Shown: positions 51,516-64,000 of the stretch, piece after piece
Layout: each line of letters starts with the position of its first letter
How positions within the stretch are numbered: position 1 is the first letter of the stretch
Origin: Candidatus Dormiibacterota bacterium
GTDB taxonomy: Bacteria; Chloroflexota; Dormibacteria; Aeolococcales; Aeolococcaceae
Direction: 5' to 3'
NCBI GenBank assembly: GCA_963709585.1
Contig: CAVPXI010000006.1
Span: forward strand, 273,268 to 337,267
Length of the DNA: 64,000 nt
Program-made: the position numbers and the translations under genes
The notes under the pieces: model-generated
Seen by the model: only the letters and a program-made list of their open reading frames with translations
The model's database searches: none
What the model was told of the DNA's origin: nothing

Positions 51516-51621
51516 GCTGGCGTACCTTTGCCCCAGCACGCAGTTCGTAGCGTAGCGATTTGTCACCCGCTCGATCAGCGTTCGGGCCGAAATTCACCCT
51601 GCTGGGTGAGATCGCCGGTCG

Positions 51622-52563
51622 CTAGGCGGCCCTCGCGTCCGGCCAGCGCCCCTCGATTCGCGCCAAGGCGAGGTCGTAGACGGGCGAGACGCGAAGCCGG
51701 CGCGGCATCGCCGGCGCGGTGAGGCGCATCGAACGGGTGAGCGACGAGAAGGAAGCGGCGTGGACCGGGGTCCACAGGAGCCCGTAGCCGCGGCGCAACT
51801 CGGACGGCAGCAGCCCGGTCGATATGAAGGCGACCGTGTCCATGCTCGGGCGGAGCAGCGGCGATCTGACCGGAGGGTGAAGGACCGTCTCCGCCACCTC
51901 CCGCGAGCCGGCGCCCGGAAGTGCCTCACCCCGGCGCACCTCCTGGTCGACGTACCTGCGAAGCGCCGAGGCATCCTGCCAGCACCGGCGCCGCGGCAGC
52001 CCCATGAGCCGGCCCACCACGTCCCATTCGCGGACGAATGCGTCGCGCTCTGGGGTGCTGAGGCCGCCGATGAGCGCGTCGTGCGCGACCAGCATGGTGT
52101 CGACAAAGGATGCGTGGACCCAGCGCAGCAGCCTGGGGTCGCTCGCGGAATAGGGAGTCCCGGCCGGGACCCTCGAGGTCGCGTTCGCCCCGGGCAAGGT
52201 TCCCGAGACCGGCCGGTGCAGGGTGCTCACGCCGCCGGAGACTCGCTCCGCCTCCCGGGTCGTCCCGAAGCAGACGACCGTCACCCACCGGACGGTTCGT
52301 TCCAGGCGTCCGTAGGGATCGGACTTATACGTGCTGTGCTCGATCGCGCCCTGGGCGACCAGCGGGTTCGCCGCCTGGAGGAGCAGCGCCCGCCCGGCGG
52401 CGAGCAGGAGCCGCGGCTCGCGCATGACGACCCATGTCACCGAGTCGGGTCCGAACAGTCCGGGGTCGGGCGTCGGATCGCGTAGCGGCAGCGGTCGCGA
52501 CGATGACGCGCCCGGGCGAGCGAGCAGCCGCTGCACCGCCGACGGGACGGGGATTCCGAGCAC
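51622..52563 (-). CDS. Oxygenase MpaB/DUF2236-family protein
   Basis: GLFGPDSVTW, RALLLQ, DPYGRL.RT, YSASDP.LL.WVH. Confidence 0.88.
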   Translation of the reverse strand: MLGIPVPSAVQRLLARPGASSSRPLPLRDPTPDPGLFGPDSVTWVVMREPRLLLAAGRALLLQAANPLVAQGAIEHSTYKSDPYGRLERTVRWVTVVCFGTTREAERVSGGVSTLHRPVSGTLPGANATSRVPAGTPYSASDPRLLRWVHASFVDTMLVAHDALIGGLSTPERDAFVREWDVVGRLMGLPRRRCWQDASALRRYVDQEVRRGEALPGAGSREVAETVLHPPVRSPLLRPSMDTVAFISTGLLPSELRRGYGLLWTPVHAASFSSLTRSMRLTAPAMPRRLRVSPVYDLALARIEGRWPDARAA

Positions 52564-52566
52564 GGC

Positions 52567-53071
52567 TCAGGGTTCCGCCGTCTCGCCGGTCGCGAGCACC
52601 CGGCGCAACGCAGCGGCCAGGTGGGGCCGCGGCTCGCCGCCGTCGGTGGCCATGCGCAGGCGGTAGGTTAGGACGTCGCCGTCGAGCTCGAAGTCGCGCT
52701 CCAGCCCGGTGACCGTCTTGGCGGTCGGCGTGCATTCCACGGTCGCCGCGCGCAGGGTCAGGCGGTTGCCCTCCCATCGCCCGGTCTCGATCTCGACGAC
52801 GCCGATGGGATGAGTCGATCGCGACCTCAACGGCGCCGTCCGGGAGTGCTCGCCAGTAGCCGGTTTCGGCGTGCAGCGGGCGACCGTCGTCGGCCGCGGT
52901 CGTTCGCTGCGCGTAGGCGACGAATGGCTTGCCGTTGTGCCCGAAGGTGACCAACTCGAGGTAGCGGAACGGCTCACCCGAAGCCCACTGCCCCTCGCCT
53001 TCACCACGCCACTCACCGAGCAGCTCGGCGAGGCGTCCCAGGTCCGGGTGCGTGGTCGGATCCGGAGGCAT
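52567..53071 (-). CDS. Nitrobindin/FABP-like (DUF1794) protein, 1-nt frameshift at about 52815
   Basis: LLGEWRGEGEG, GKPF..Y.QRT, PLHAETGYWR; then in another frame HPIGVVE...AK.V..L.R, PHL.A.L. Confidence 0.8.
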
Positions 53072-53132
53072 GCACCGAGTCTCGCACGGGCCGGAGGGGC
53101 TCCGGCGTCCGCTTTGGCTACCATCCTTCAAA

Positions 53133-53861
53133 GTGTCAGAGATCGACGGAATCGAACGCGTCCTGGTGGTCGTCGCCCATCCCGATGACTGCGACTTCGG
53201 CAACGCGGGAACCACCGCGAAGTGGACCGACGCGGGTGTGACCGTCTCCTACTGCATCGTGACCGACGGCGACGCCGGCGGGTCCGACCGCAGCATCACG
53301 CGCGAGCAGATGGCCGGCATCCGGCGCATCGAGCAGACCGCCGCGGCCGCCGAAGTCGGCGTGACCGACCTCACGTTCCTCGGATACGCGGACGGACGGC
53401 TCACGCCGAGCATCGAGCTGCGCCGCGACATCTCGCGGGTGATCCGGGTGAAACAGCCGCAGCGCGTGATCACGCAATCACCGGTGCGCAACTTCACGCG
53501 CATCTTCGCCAGCCACCCCGACCACCTTGCCGCCGGCGAGGCGGCGCTGTGCGCCGTGTATCCCGACGCCCGCAACCCTTTTGCGCACCGGGAACTGCTC
53601 GAGGTCGAAGGGCTCGAACCCTATTTGGTTGCCGAGGTGTGGATGAGCGCCGTGATGAGCGCCGGCCAGGAGGTCCGGGTGGTCGATGTCACCGATACCG
53701 CGGATCGCAAGCTGGCCGCGCTGCGCTGCCACCGCAGCCAGTACAGCGACTGGGACGCGCTCGAGGAGCGGGTGCGCGGCTGGCTCGAGGCCACCGCGAA
53801 GATGAACGGACTCGAACCCGGGCGCCTCGCGGAGCAGTTCGTCGTCGTTCCAACCGCGTGA
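53133..53861 (+). CDS. PIG-L/LmbE-family deacetylase
   Basis: AHPDD, T.GDAG, R..EQ, Y.DG.L, HPDH, K..AL.CH.SQ. Confidence 0.9.
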   Translation: MSEIDGIERVLVVVAHPDDCDFGNAGTTAKWTDAGVTVSYCIVTDGDAGGSDRSITREQMAGIRRIEQTAAAAEVGVTDLTFLGYADGRLTPSIELRRDISRVIRVKQPQRVITQSPVRNFTRIFASHPDHLAAGEAALCAVYPDARNPFAHRELLEVEGLEPYLVAEVWMSAVMSAGQEVRVVDVTDTADRKLAALRCHRSQYSDWDALEERVRGWLEATAKMNGLEPGRLAEQFVVVPTA

Positions 53862-55780
53862 CCCGGCACGCTGGAGACACCTTCACCCCGTCGGCCGTCT
53901 GGCCGTCGCCGATCACCGCCCAGGGCGCCGCTGCGAGCCGGATTCGGCTCCTCGATGTGCAGCTCAGCGATGGCGATGCCTACTGGATCGACGGTCGTCC
54001 CGTCGAGCACGGCCGCTGCGTGATCGTGCGCGAGCACCACGGGGTCATTGCCGACCTCATCGACGCGCCGTACTCAGCGCGCACCTGGGTGCACGAGTAC
54101 GGGGGCGCGGCCGTGGTTGCGCACGGCGGGAGCGTGTTCTTCTCCAACGCCGGCGACGGCCGGATCCACACACTCGTCCCAGGCGCCGCTCCTGAGCCGT
54201 TGACACCGGTTGACCCCGGACTGCGCTATGCGGACTTCGAGATCGATGATGCGCGAGACCGGCTCATCTGCATCGTCGAGGACCACCGTGGTGCAACCGT
54301 GATGAACGACGTCCGCGCGATCCCTCTCCGCGGCGGCGAGCCGGTCTCGCTCGTGTCCGGCAACGACTTCTACTCAACGCCCCGGGTGAGCCCGGACGGC
54401 ACCAGCATGCTGTGGCTCACCTGGAATCACCCCAACATGCCCTGGGATGGATGCGAGCTCTGGGTTGCCCGCGTCGACGAGTTCGGTATGCCCCGGGATG
54501 CGCAGCTGGTTGCCGGTGGACCCGCCGAGTTGATCTTTCAGCCATCCTGGTCTCCGGAATCTGTCGTGCATTTCACGTCGGACCGGACGAGGTGGTGGAA
54601 CCTCTATCGATACGACGGCGCGAAGGTCGATGCGCTCGCCCCGATGCAGGCGGAATGCGGGGCGGCGCAATGGGTGTTCGGGCTTTCCACGTATGCGTTC
54701 TGTGGCGACGGCCGCATCGTCCTGTGGGCGTGCCGCGACGGCGCATGGGAGTTGTTCTCGCTCGACGCCTCGGGCGAGCCGGCGCGCCTGGACGTTCCGT
54801 TCACCGAGTTCGGGCTGCACGTCAGAGCGACGGGCGACGACGTGCTCTTTCTCGCCGGAGGTCCGGACCGGCCGCAGGGTGTGATCCGCTTCAACCTCGC
54901 GACCGGCGCACACCGGACCGTGCGGTCCGATAGCGATGTCGCGGCCATCGACGAATCGATCCTCTCGCGTCCGCGGCACGTGACCTTCCCGGGATATGGC
55001 GGCGAGACTGCGCATGCCTGGTACTACGCGCCCCGCAACGACGCCGTCGAGCCGGAGCCCGGTCGCAGGCCGCCATTGCTGCTGCGCGCGCATGGCGGCC
55101 CGACGTCGTCGACGAGCTTCGCCCTCGATCCCTCGGTGCAGTTCTGGACGAGCCGCGGCTTCGCATACCTCGACGTGGATTACGGCGGCAGCACCGGCTA
55201 CGGACGCACCTACCGGGATCGCCTCAACGAACAGTGGGGCGTGGTCGACGTCGGGGATTGCCTGGCGGGCGCCCGATATCTCGTCGACGTCGGTGACGCC
55301 GATCCCGACCGCCTGTTCATCCACGGCGGGAGCGCGGGTGGGTACGTCGTGCTCTGCGCGATGACGTTCCACGATCTGTTTCAGGCCGGCGCGAGCCTCT
55401 TCGGCATCGCCGACCTCGAGGCGCTGTTCGCGCAGGCAGGGCACAAGTTCGAGTCGCATTACGACGCGCCGCTTCCCAAAGGCCGCGGGATGTACGACCG
55501 CTCGCCGGTGCATTTCATCGATCGGGTGCGTGGCGCTGTGTTGCTGCTCCAGGGTCTGGACGACCCGGTGGTCCCGGCGAACCAGGCGGAGATGATGTTC
55601 GCGGCGCTGCGCGGCGCCGGCGTTCCCTGTGCGTACATCGGATACCCGGGTGAGCAGCACGGGTTCCGCGAGGCTGCAAACATCGCGCGGACGCTCGAGG
55701 CCCAGCTCTACTTCTTCGCCACGGTGACCGACATGACCCTCGCCGAGAGCATCGAGCCGGTCGAGATCCTCAACCTCTGA
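53858..55780 (+). CDS. S9-family prolyl oligopeptidase/acylaminoacyl peptidase
   Basis: W.SPITA, VHEYGG, HGGPT, DYGGSTGYG, GGSAGG, QG.DD.VV, GEQHGFR. Confidence 0.93.
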   Translation: MTRHAGDTFTPSAVWPSPITAQGAAASRIRLLDVQLSDGDAYWIDGRPVEHGRCVIVREHHGVIADLIDAPYSARTWVHEYGGAAVVAHGGSVFFSNAGDGRIHTLVPGAAPEPLTPVDPGLRYADFEIDDARDRLICIVEDHRGATVMNDVRAIPLRGGEPVSLVSGNDFYSTPRVSPDGTSMLWLTWNHPNMPWDGCELWVARVDEFGMPRDAQLVAGGPAELIFQPSWSPESVVHFTSDRTRWWNLYRYDGAKVDALAPMQAECGAAQWVFGLSTYAFCGDGRIVLWACRDGAWELFSLDASGEPARLDVPFTEFGLHVRATGDDVLFLAGGPDRPQGVIRFNLATGAHRTVRSDSDVAAIDESILSRPRHVTFPGYGGETAHAWYYAPRNDAVEPEPGRRPPLLLRAHGGPTSSTSFALDPSVQFWTSRGFAYLDVDYGGSTGYGRTYRDRLNEQWGVVDVGDCLAGARYLVDVGDADPDRLFIHGGSAGGYVVLCAMTFHDLFQAGASLFGIADLEALFAQAGHKFESHYDAPLPKGRGMYDRSPVHFIDRVRGAVLLLQGLDDPVVPANQAEMMFAALRGAGVPCAYIGYPGEQHGFREAANIARTLEAQLYFFATVTDMTLAESIEPVEILNL

Positions 55781-56846
55781 GACGAGGCCGGAGCTGCCAG
55801 ATCGACAGGGGAATCACCAGGATCAGCGTTCCCGCGATCAGCAACGCGGGGAAGAGCAGGTCGGACGCGTCGGGCGAACCGGGAGTCGCGCCGGTCGTTC
55901 CGAGGTCCGCGAGCGTGGATCCGAACGAGGTGAGCCGGATGACGTTGTCGGCTCCGACGCCGAGATCGTAGGTGACCCGCGCCCCGGGTGCGTTCAGCGT
56001 GAGATAGGTCATGTATCCGTTCGCCGGCACCCAGGACATGTTGCGGTCGATGGAGAGGTCGTGGTGAAGGCTCGCGTTCATCGCCTCCGCGCCCGCCACG
56101 GTGAATCCCGCTGCACTGTCCAGCGTGGTGCCGTCGGTGAGCCTCGACGTCACCGCCACGCCGTTCGCGGTGCGCAGCGGGCCGTCGGTGAGCAGGAACA
56201 GATCGGCATTCACCGGGACTCCGTCGGTCGCGAGAATCTCGAGCGGGATCCACAGATGCGGCGTATGCATGGTGATCAGCAGGGGTACACCGTCGCCCGA
56301 TTGCTGATGACGCTGCAACGCCAGGGACGTGTTGTATTTCGCGGCCATGAACACCGGGCTGGACGACGCGTAGCGGAGCAGGTGGGCCTTGATCTCCGCC
56401 GAGACGAGGAACCCGTTGTGCGTGCACCAGTCGATGACCGCCTGGCCGCTCCCCTTGAGGACGGTGACGTCGAGCGCCTCGACCTGCACCTGCTCGATCA
56501 CGATCGCCGGAGCCCCGTGCGCCGGTGCGGCGTCGACGGCAAGCTGGAGCAGCTCGGGTGGGGCGAACTCACGCTCCAGCCGCTGCAGGGTCCACGCGCC
56601 GGCCTCGGTGATCGATGTCGGAACCGCGGGGAGGGGCACGATCCAGCCCACATCGGTCACAGCGCCGGTGAAGGCGAAGCTGGTGACGTAGTGCTCGACG
56701 CCCGCAGACCAGGCGACGAATGTCGTCGCCTTGGCAAGCCGAACGTCGCCGTCGGGCGCGACCAGGCCGCCGCATGCGAACGCCGGCCCCGCCTGGAGAA
56801 CCACAGCGGCGGCAACGCCCATGCCAGCGAACAGGAACTTGCGCAT
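55770..56846 (-). CDS. DUF2330-like secreted/membrane-anchored protein
   Basis: Signal peptide then ACGG, GWIVPLP..P, W...NGF; C-terminal TM helix. Confidence 0.72.
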   Translation of the reverse strand: MRKFLFAGMGVAAAVVLQAGPAFACGGLVAPDGDVRLAKATTFVAWSAGVEHYVTSFAFTGAVTDVGWIVPLPAVPTSITEAGAWTLQRLEREFAPPELLQLAVDAAPAHGAPAIVIEQVQVEALDVTVLKGSGQAVIDWCTHNGFLVSAEIKAHLLRYASSSPVFMAAKYNTSLALQRHQQSGDGVPLLITMHTPHLWIPLEILATDGVPVNADLFLLTDGPLRTANGVAVTSRLTDGTTLDSAAGFTVAGAEAMNASLHHDLSIDRNMSWVPANGYMTYLTLNAPGARVTYDLGVGADNVIRLTSFGSTLADLGTTGATPGSPDASDLLFPALLIAGTLILVIPLSIWQLRPRLRG

Positions 56847-56941
56847 CTCGGGGTCCTCCAGGCGGGTTCACATCGTGCGGAGACGGAGACGCGAAGACCC
56901 GTCGCCGGGTTCCCACGGGGTTGCGAGAGGGGCTTGCCAGA

Positions 56942-56968
56942 AACTTAGTTAGCCTATATAATCAATTT
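56942..56968 (+). promoter_or_regulatory. AT-rich MarR promoter/operator (TTAGTTAGCCTATATAAT)
   Basis: Perfect TATAAT at 56957-56962 within an imperfect palindrome directly upstream of marR. Confidence 0.6.
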
Positions 56969-56971
56969 CAG

Positions 56972-57412
56972 ATGAACCCCGCCGCCAGCAAGCCCGTCGA
57001 CGTCGCCAACCGGCTCCGTCCGGTGCTGCTCCACCTGAACCGCCATCTGCGCCGCGAGGTGCACACCTCTGGTGTCTCGCCCGGACAGCTCTCGCTCCTC
57101 GGTCTGATCGAAGGCACCCCCGGCATCGGGGTCGCGGAGCTGGCCGCTCGCGAAGGGACGTCGATGCCGTCGGTGTGCAGCCACATCGACCGTCTCGAGG
57201 CGTCCGGGCTGATCACCCGCCGGCAGGCGGAACGCGACCGGCGCCGTGTGGACCTCGAGGTCACCCCCGAAGGAAAGCGCGTGCTCAAGGCGATCCGCTC
57301 CAAGCGGACCGCATGGTTATCCGCCCGGCTCGGCAAGCTCGCCGACACGGACCTCGCCGCCGTCGCCGGGGCGATCGCGCCGCTCGAGGCGCTGCTGGCG
57401 CAAGCGGAGTGA
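56972..57412 (+). CDS. MarR-family transcriptional regulator
   Basis: QLSLL, ELA..E, IDRLE..GLI.R, DRR, TPEG. Confidence 0.92.
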   Translation: MNPAASKPVDVANRLRPVLLHLNRHLRREVHTSGVSPGQLSLLGLIEGTPGIGVAELAAREGTSMPSVCSHIDRLEASGLITRRQAERDRRRVDLEVTPEGKRVLKAIRSKRTAWLSARLGKLADTDLAAVAGAIAPLEALLAQAE

Positions 57413-58671
57413 GCCTCGGCATCGGCAACGCCACCGCGCGGACCTTCATGAGCCTGCGCCGGCATTACAACTACCGCCTCTATTTCTTCGGGCAGGTCGT
57501 GTCCATCAGCGGCACGTGGATGCAGGGCGTCGCCCAGGCATGGTTCGTCGTGCAGAACACCCACTCGCCGCTCGCGGTCGGCATCCTCGCGGTCTGCCAG
57601 TTCGGCCCCTACGGCCTGCTCGGATTCTTCGGTGGCGCGATTGCGGACAGGGTCGATCAGCGCAAGGTGCTGCTGGGCACGCAGGCCGCGTTCATGGCGA
57701 CGGCCGCGCTCCTTGCCGGGCTCACGCTCACCGGGCACGCGACAGTGTGGGAGGTCTACGTCATCGCAGCGATCACCGGATTGATCACCGTGCTCGACAA
57801 CCCGGTCCGGCAGGCGTTCACCATCCAGATGGTCGGACGCGACGAGCTCCCCAACGCCGTCGCCCTGAACTCCAGCCTCTTCAACGCCTCCCGCATCGTC
57901 GGGCCCGCGATCGCCGGCGCACTCATCGCCGTCGCCGGGGTCGGAATCTGCTTCCTGATCAACGCGCTCAGCTACCTGGCGGTGCTGGCCGCCCTCTGGT
58001 TGATGCGCGTGGACGACCTGTTTCCGGTTCGCAAGGATCAGCGCGACCAGAACCTCCTGCGCGGATCGCTCGAGGGTCTGAAGTTCGCGTGGCGCAAGCC
58101 GGTGATCCGCTCGGTGCTGGTGATGATGCTGGTGATCGCGACGGTCAGCATCAACTTCAACGTGCTCCTCCCGGTCCTCGCCTCGCGAACCCTCAACAGT
58201 GGGCCGGCGATCTTTGGCATTCTCTCGGCGCTCTTCGGCTTCGGCGCGCTCGTCGGCGCACTGTTCTCCGCATCACTCGGGCGGGCGAGCCGGCGCACCA
58301 TGGTCGTCGGCGCGGCCCTGTTCTCACTGTCGGAGCTCGCGCTTGCTCCGCTCCACGTCGCCTGGGCGGCAGGTCTCGCACTGGTGGTGACGGGCATCGC
58401 CTTCACGCTCTACTCGTCGCAGGCCAATGCGACCCTGCAGCTGGCGGTCACCGACCAGATGCGCGGACGTGTGCTCGGCATCTACGGGTACGTCTTCTTC
58501 GGTACCGCCCCGCTCGGCGGTCTCCTCGCCGGGTGGCTCGCCCAGGCCGGCGGCACCGGGCTCGCGTTCCTCGTCGCCGGGCTCATCGGCGGCGCAGCCA
58601 CCATCTACGGCTGGGCCGACACCGGGCGCGCGGCGCGCGGATCGACGCCGCCCATCGCTCAGGTGGCGTAG
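57409..58671 (+). CDS. MFS transporter
   Basis: [36 protein letters not shown]; about 12 TM segments. Confidence 0.92.
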   Translation: MSLGIGNATARTFMSLRRHYNYRLYFFGQVVSISGTWMQGVAQAWFVVQNTHSPLAVGILAVCQFGPYGLLGFFGGAIADRVDQRKVLLGTQAAFMATAALLAGLTLTGHATVWEVYVIAAITGLITVLDNPVRQAFTIQMVGRDELPNAVALNSSLFNASRIVGPAIAGALIAVAGVGICFLINALSYLAVLAALWLMRVDDLFPVRKDQRDQNLLRGSLEGLKFAWRKPVIRSVLVMMLVIATVSINFNVLLPVLASRTLNSGPAIFGILSALFGFGALVGALFSASLGRASRRTMVVGAALFSLSELALAPLHVAWAAGLALVVTGIAFTLYSSQANATLQLAVTDQMRGRVLGIYGYVFFGTAPLGGLLAGWLAQAGGTGLAFLVAGLIGGAATIYGWADTGRAARGSTPPIAQVA

Positions 58672-58730
58672 GCAAACCCGCTTCGCGCATTCTTCCGGTC
58701 ACGGGGACGGTCGACATGGAGGTAAGGGAC

Positions 58731-61696
<2,966 letters not shown>

Positions 61697-61811
61697 CAAC
61701 AGACGTCCCGGGGATGTCCGGAGCCTCGCTCGATGATGGGCGGCTCCGCGTCGGGATGCAGCGCCGTCGCCACGGCGGCGCCCGCCCGACGTCCTCGAGA
61801 GGGGGGCGATC

Positions 61812-63498
61812 ATGCCCGAACTCGGTCCCGCTGCGCGGCAGCGCCTATCACCCCGCCGGAGGCATGCGCCCCGGCCACCGCAGCCTCCGGAAGCTCAATG
61901 AGTCGGAGTTGCACGCCGATGCCGGCGTCACGCTCCTGCTCCGCGAGCGCACCAGCGGGCCGACGACGGCAGAGAGCCTCGCCTGGCTGCAAACGCTCCC
62001 CGACCCGAGCGCGCGCCACCTCGACATCGCGCAGCTGACCGCGCGGCACGGTTTCGACGCGGCCGACCGGGATCGCGTGGTGCGCTGGGCGAGCGCCGCC
62101 GGCCTGCAGGTCTCCGGCGAGGACGCCCCGACCCGCCGCGTGATGCTGCGCGGAAGCGTCGAGCAGCTCGCCCGCGCGTTCGAGGTCGACCTGGAGCGAT
62201 TCGGCTGGCAGCGGCCGGACGGCCGCAGCGTCGAGTACCGCGGCCACCACGGCCCGGTGCGCCTCCCCGCCCACCTCGATGGCGTTGTCGAGGGCGCCTT
62301 CGGGCTCGATGACCGGCCGCTGGCACGTTCCCACGTTCGTGGCCTCGATGACGGCCGCGCCGCGGTGTTCTCCTACGACCCGCCCCAGCTGGCCGCGCTC
62401 TACGATTTCCCGCGCCTGGCCAACGGCGGCCAGGGTGTCGAGCTGGTCGCGGCGATGGTCGAGCTGGGCGGCGTCGTGCACCCGTTCGACCTCGCGGCCT
62501 CATTTGCGCGCCTGGGGCTGCCCGCGCCGGACATCACCAACGTCTGGCTCGACGGCGCCACTCCCACCCCGACCCGAACGGCGCGGACGTCGAGGTGGCG
62601 CTCGACTACCAGGTGATCGGCGGCATGGTCGCGGCGATGGCGCCCAGGGCCCACCTCACGATCATCAGCTACAACGCGCCCAACAGCGAGCGCGGCTTCA
62701 TCGACGCGGCGGCGACCGCCGCGAGCGACGCCATCCGCCACCCGGCGGCGGTGTCGATCAGCTGGGGCGCGCCCGAGGACCACTGGTCGCCGCAGGGGAT
62801 GCGCGGGCTCGACGCCGCCTTCGCCACCGGCGCGCTCCACGGCGTGACCTTCAGCGCAGCGGCGGGCGACGCCGGGTCCACCAACGATGAGGTCGACGGG
62901 TATCAGCATCCCGAGTTCCCCGCGTCCCGCCCGCATGCCTGGGCGTGCGGCGGCACCACGCTGCTCGCGGCTCGCGGCCACATCCGGACCGAGACGGTGT
63001 GGAACGAGCTTGCCCGTGGCGCGGCACGGCCGGCAGTGGGGTCAGCACCGTGTTCCCGGTTCCGGCGTACCAGGCGGCACTCGGGATCCGGCCGAGGTCC
63101 GCCGATGGCGGCGCGCTCGGCCGGGGGCTCCCCGATGGCTCGGGGAACGCCGACCCGCTGACCGGCTGGAACGTGATCGCGCTCCGGCGTCTCCGGTCCA
63201 CCGGCGGGACCAGCGCGGTGGCGCCGATGTACCGGCGCTCTGGACGCTCGTGTCCGCGCAGTTGGGGCACCGCGTCGGACTGCCACATCCTGCCCTCTAC
63301 GCCCGGCGCGGGCGGGGATTCAACGATGTCACCGCCGGCGACACCGGTGGGCCGTACCGGGCCGGGCGTGGGTGGGACCTGGCCAGCGGCTGGGGCAGTC
63401 CCGACGGCCGCCAGATCGCCCGCGACCTCGGAGTCCGTGTCCAGGGCCCGGACACCCGCCGGCCACGAATCGGCGGTGGGGAACGAGAGATCGCCTGA
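61812..63498 (+). CDS. S53 peptidase (kumamolisin/sedolisin-like), about 4 frameshifts
   Basis: Prodomain; EVALD (Glu/Asp), SISWG, AAAGDAG, GGT.L, GGTSAVAP (Ser), GWD..SGWGSPDG spread over three frames; indels at about 61824, 62568, 63022, 63232. Confidence 0.82.
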
Positions 63499-63500
63499 GC

Positions 63501-64000
63501 TCAGGTCCCGAGCAGGGCGGCCGAGCCTGTGGCCAGCGCCAGGGGGGGCCGTCGGCACCGAGAACCTCGGCGGTGCCCACCGTCAGGCTCCGGCCCCGGT
63601 GCACGACCTTGGCCCGGGCTTCGAGCGTGCTTCCATTTCCCCTCCCACGGGGCGAAGGAAGTTCACCTTGATGTCCACCGACGCCATCCCCTCCCCCTTG
63701 GACAGGGTTGTCTGGGTGGCCAGGGCGAGCGCGAGGTCGGCGAGCAGCACGATGAAGCCGCCCTGCCGCCATCCGAACGGTGTGGCCAGCCAGCCGCTCA
63801 ACGGCATCGCGCATGACGCCGCCCCCAGGGTGGCTTCGGTGGGGACGATGCCCAGGAGGTGGTGCATCGGCGGCAGCGGCAGCTCTCCGCGGATCTGCGC
63901 GCGGATGATCTCGACGCCGCTGCGCCGGAGGAATTCGTCCTCGTCGATCCGCTCACCCGCAGGCGGACGGAGGTACGGGTCGGGGCCGTCTTCGGCGTTC
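63501..64000 (-). CDS. PaaI/hotdog-fold thioesterase, start beyond window, frameshifted
   Basis: PPMHHLLG, QGG....LAD, DIKVNFLRP, VVHRGRSL.V..AEV; indels at about 63640 and 63545. Confidence 0.75.

Overview
64-kb stretch of a high-GC bacterial chromosome that is almost entirely core or semi-core genes. I found no CRISPR array, prophage, IS or rRNA. The gene content (Ku/LigD, split GcvPA/PB, type-Ib DAHP synthase, PlsX, MshC-like ligase, sedolisin) is compatible with a soil Terrabacteria lineage such as Ca. Dormibacterota or Chloroflexota/Actinomycetota; this is inference only. Main blocks: a two-component system; an NHEJ cluster (ligD, lipoprotein, HNH, ku and a catalytically degenerate ligase paralog); an unusual gyrB-plsX-gyrA operon; EF-G2; gcvPA/PB-pyrE; a STAND-type adenylate cyclase; an Rpf-like transglycosylase with a structured leader; dinB facing a truncated sigma-70-like gene; aroF; mshC-like; tRNA-Asp; ppk2; a convergently split peptide ABC transporter; and MarR-MFS-AKR-acyl-CoA synthetase-S53 peptidase. 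About 11 single-base indels (including in gyrA) most likely reflect sequencing or assembly errors. The most notable candidates are two intact ORFs that keep their fold but have lost functional motifs: a pseudo-ligase next to ku and a pseudo-sigma factor. All family assignments are from motif recognition by eye, not database searches.
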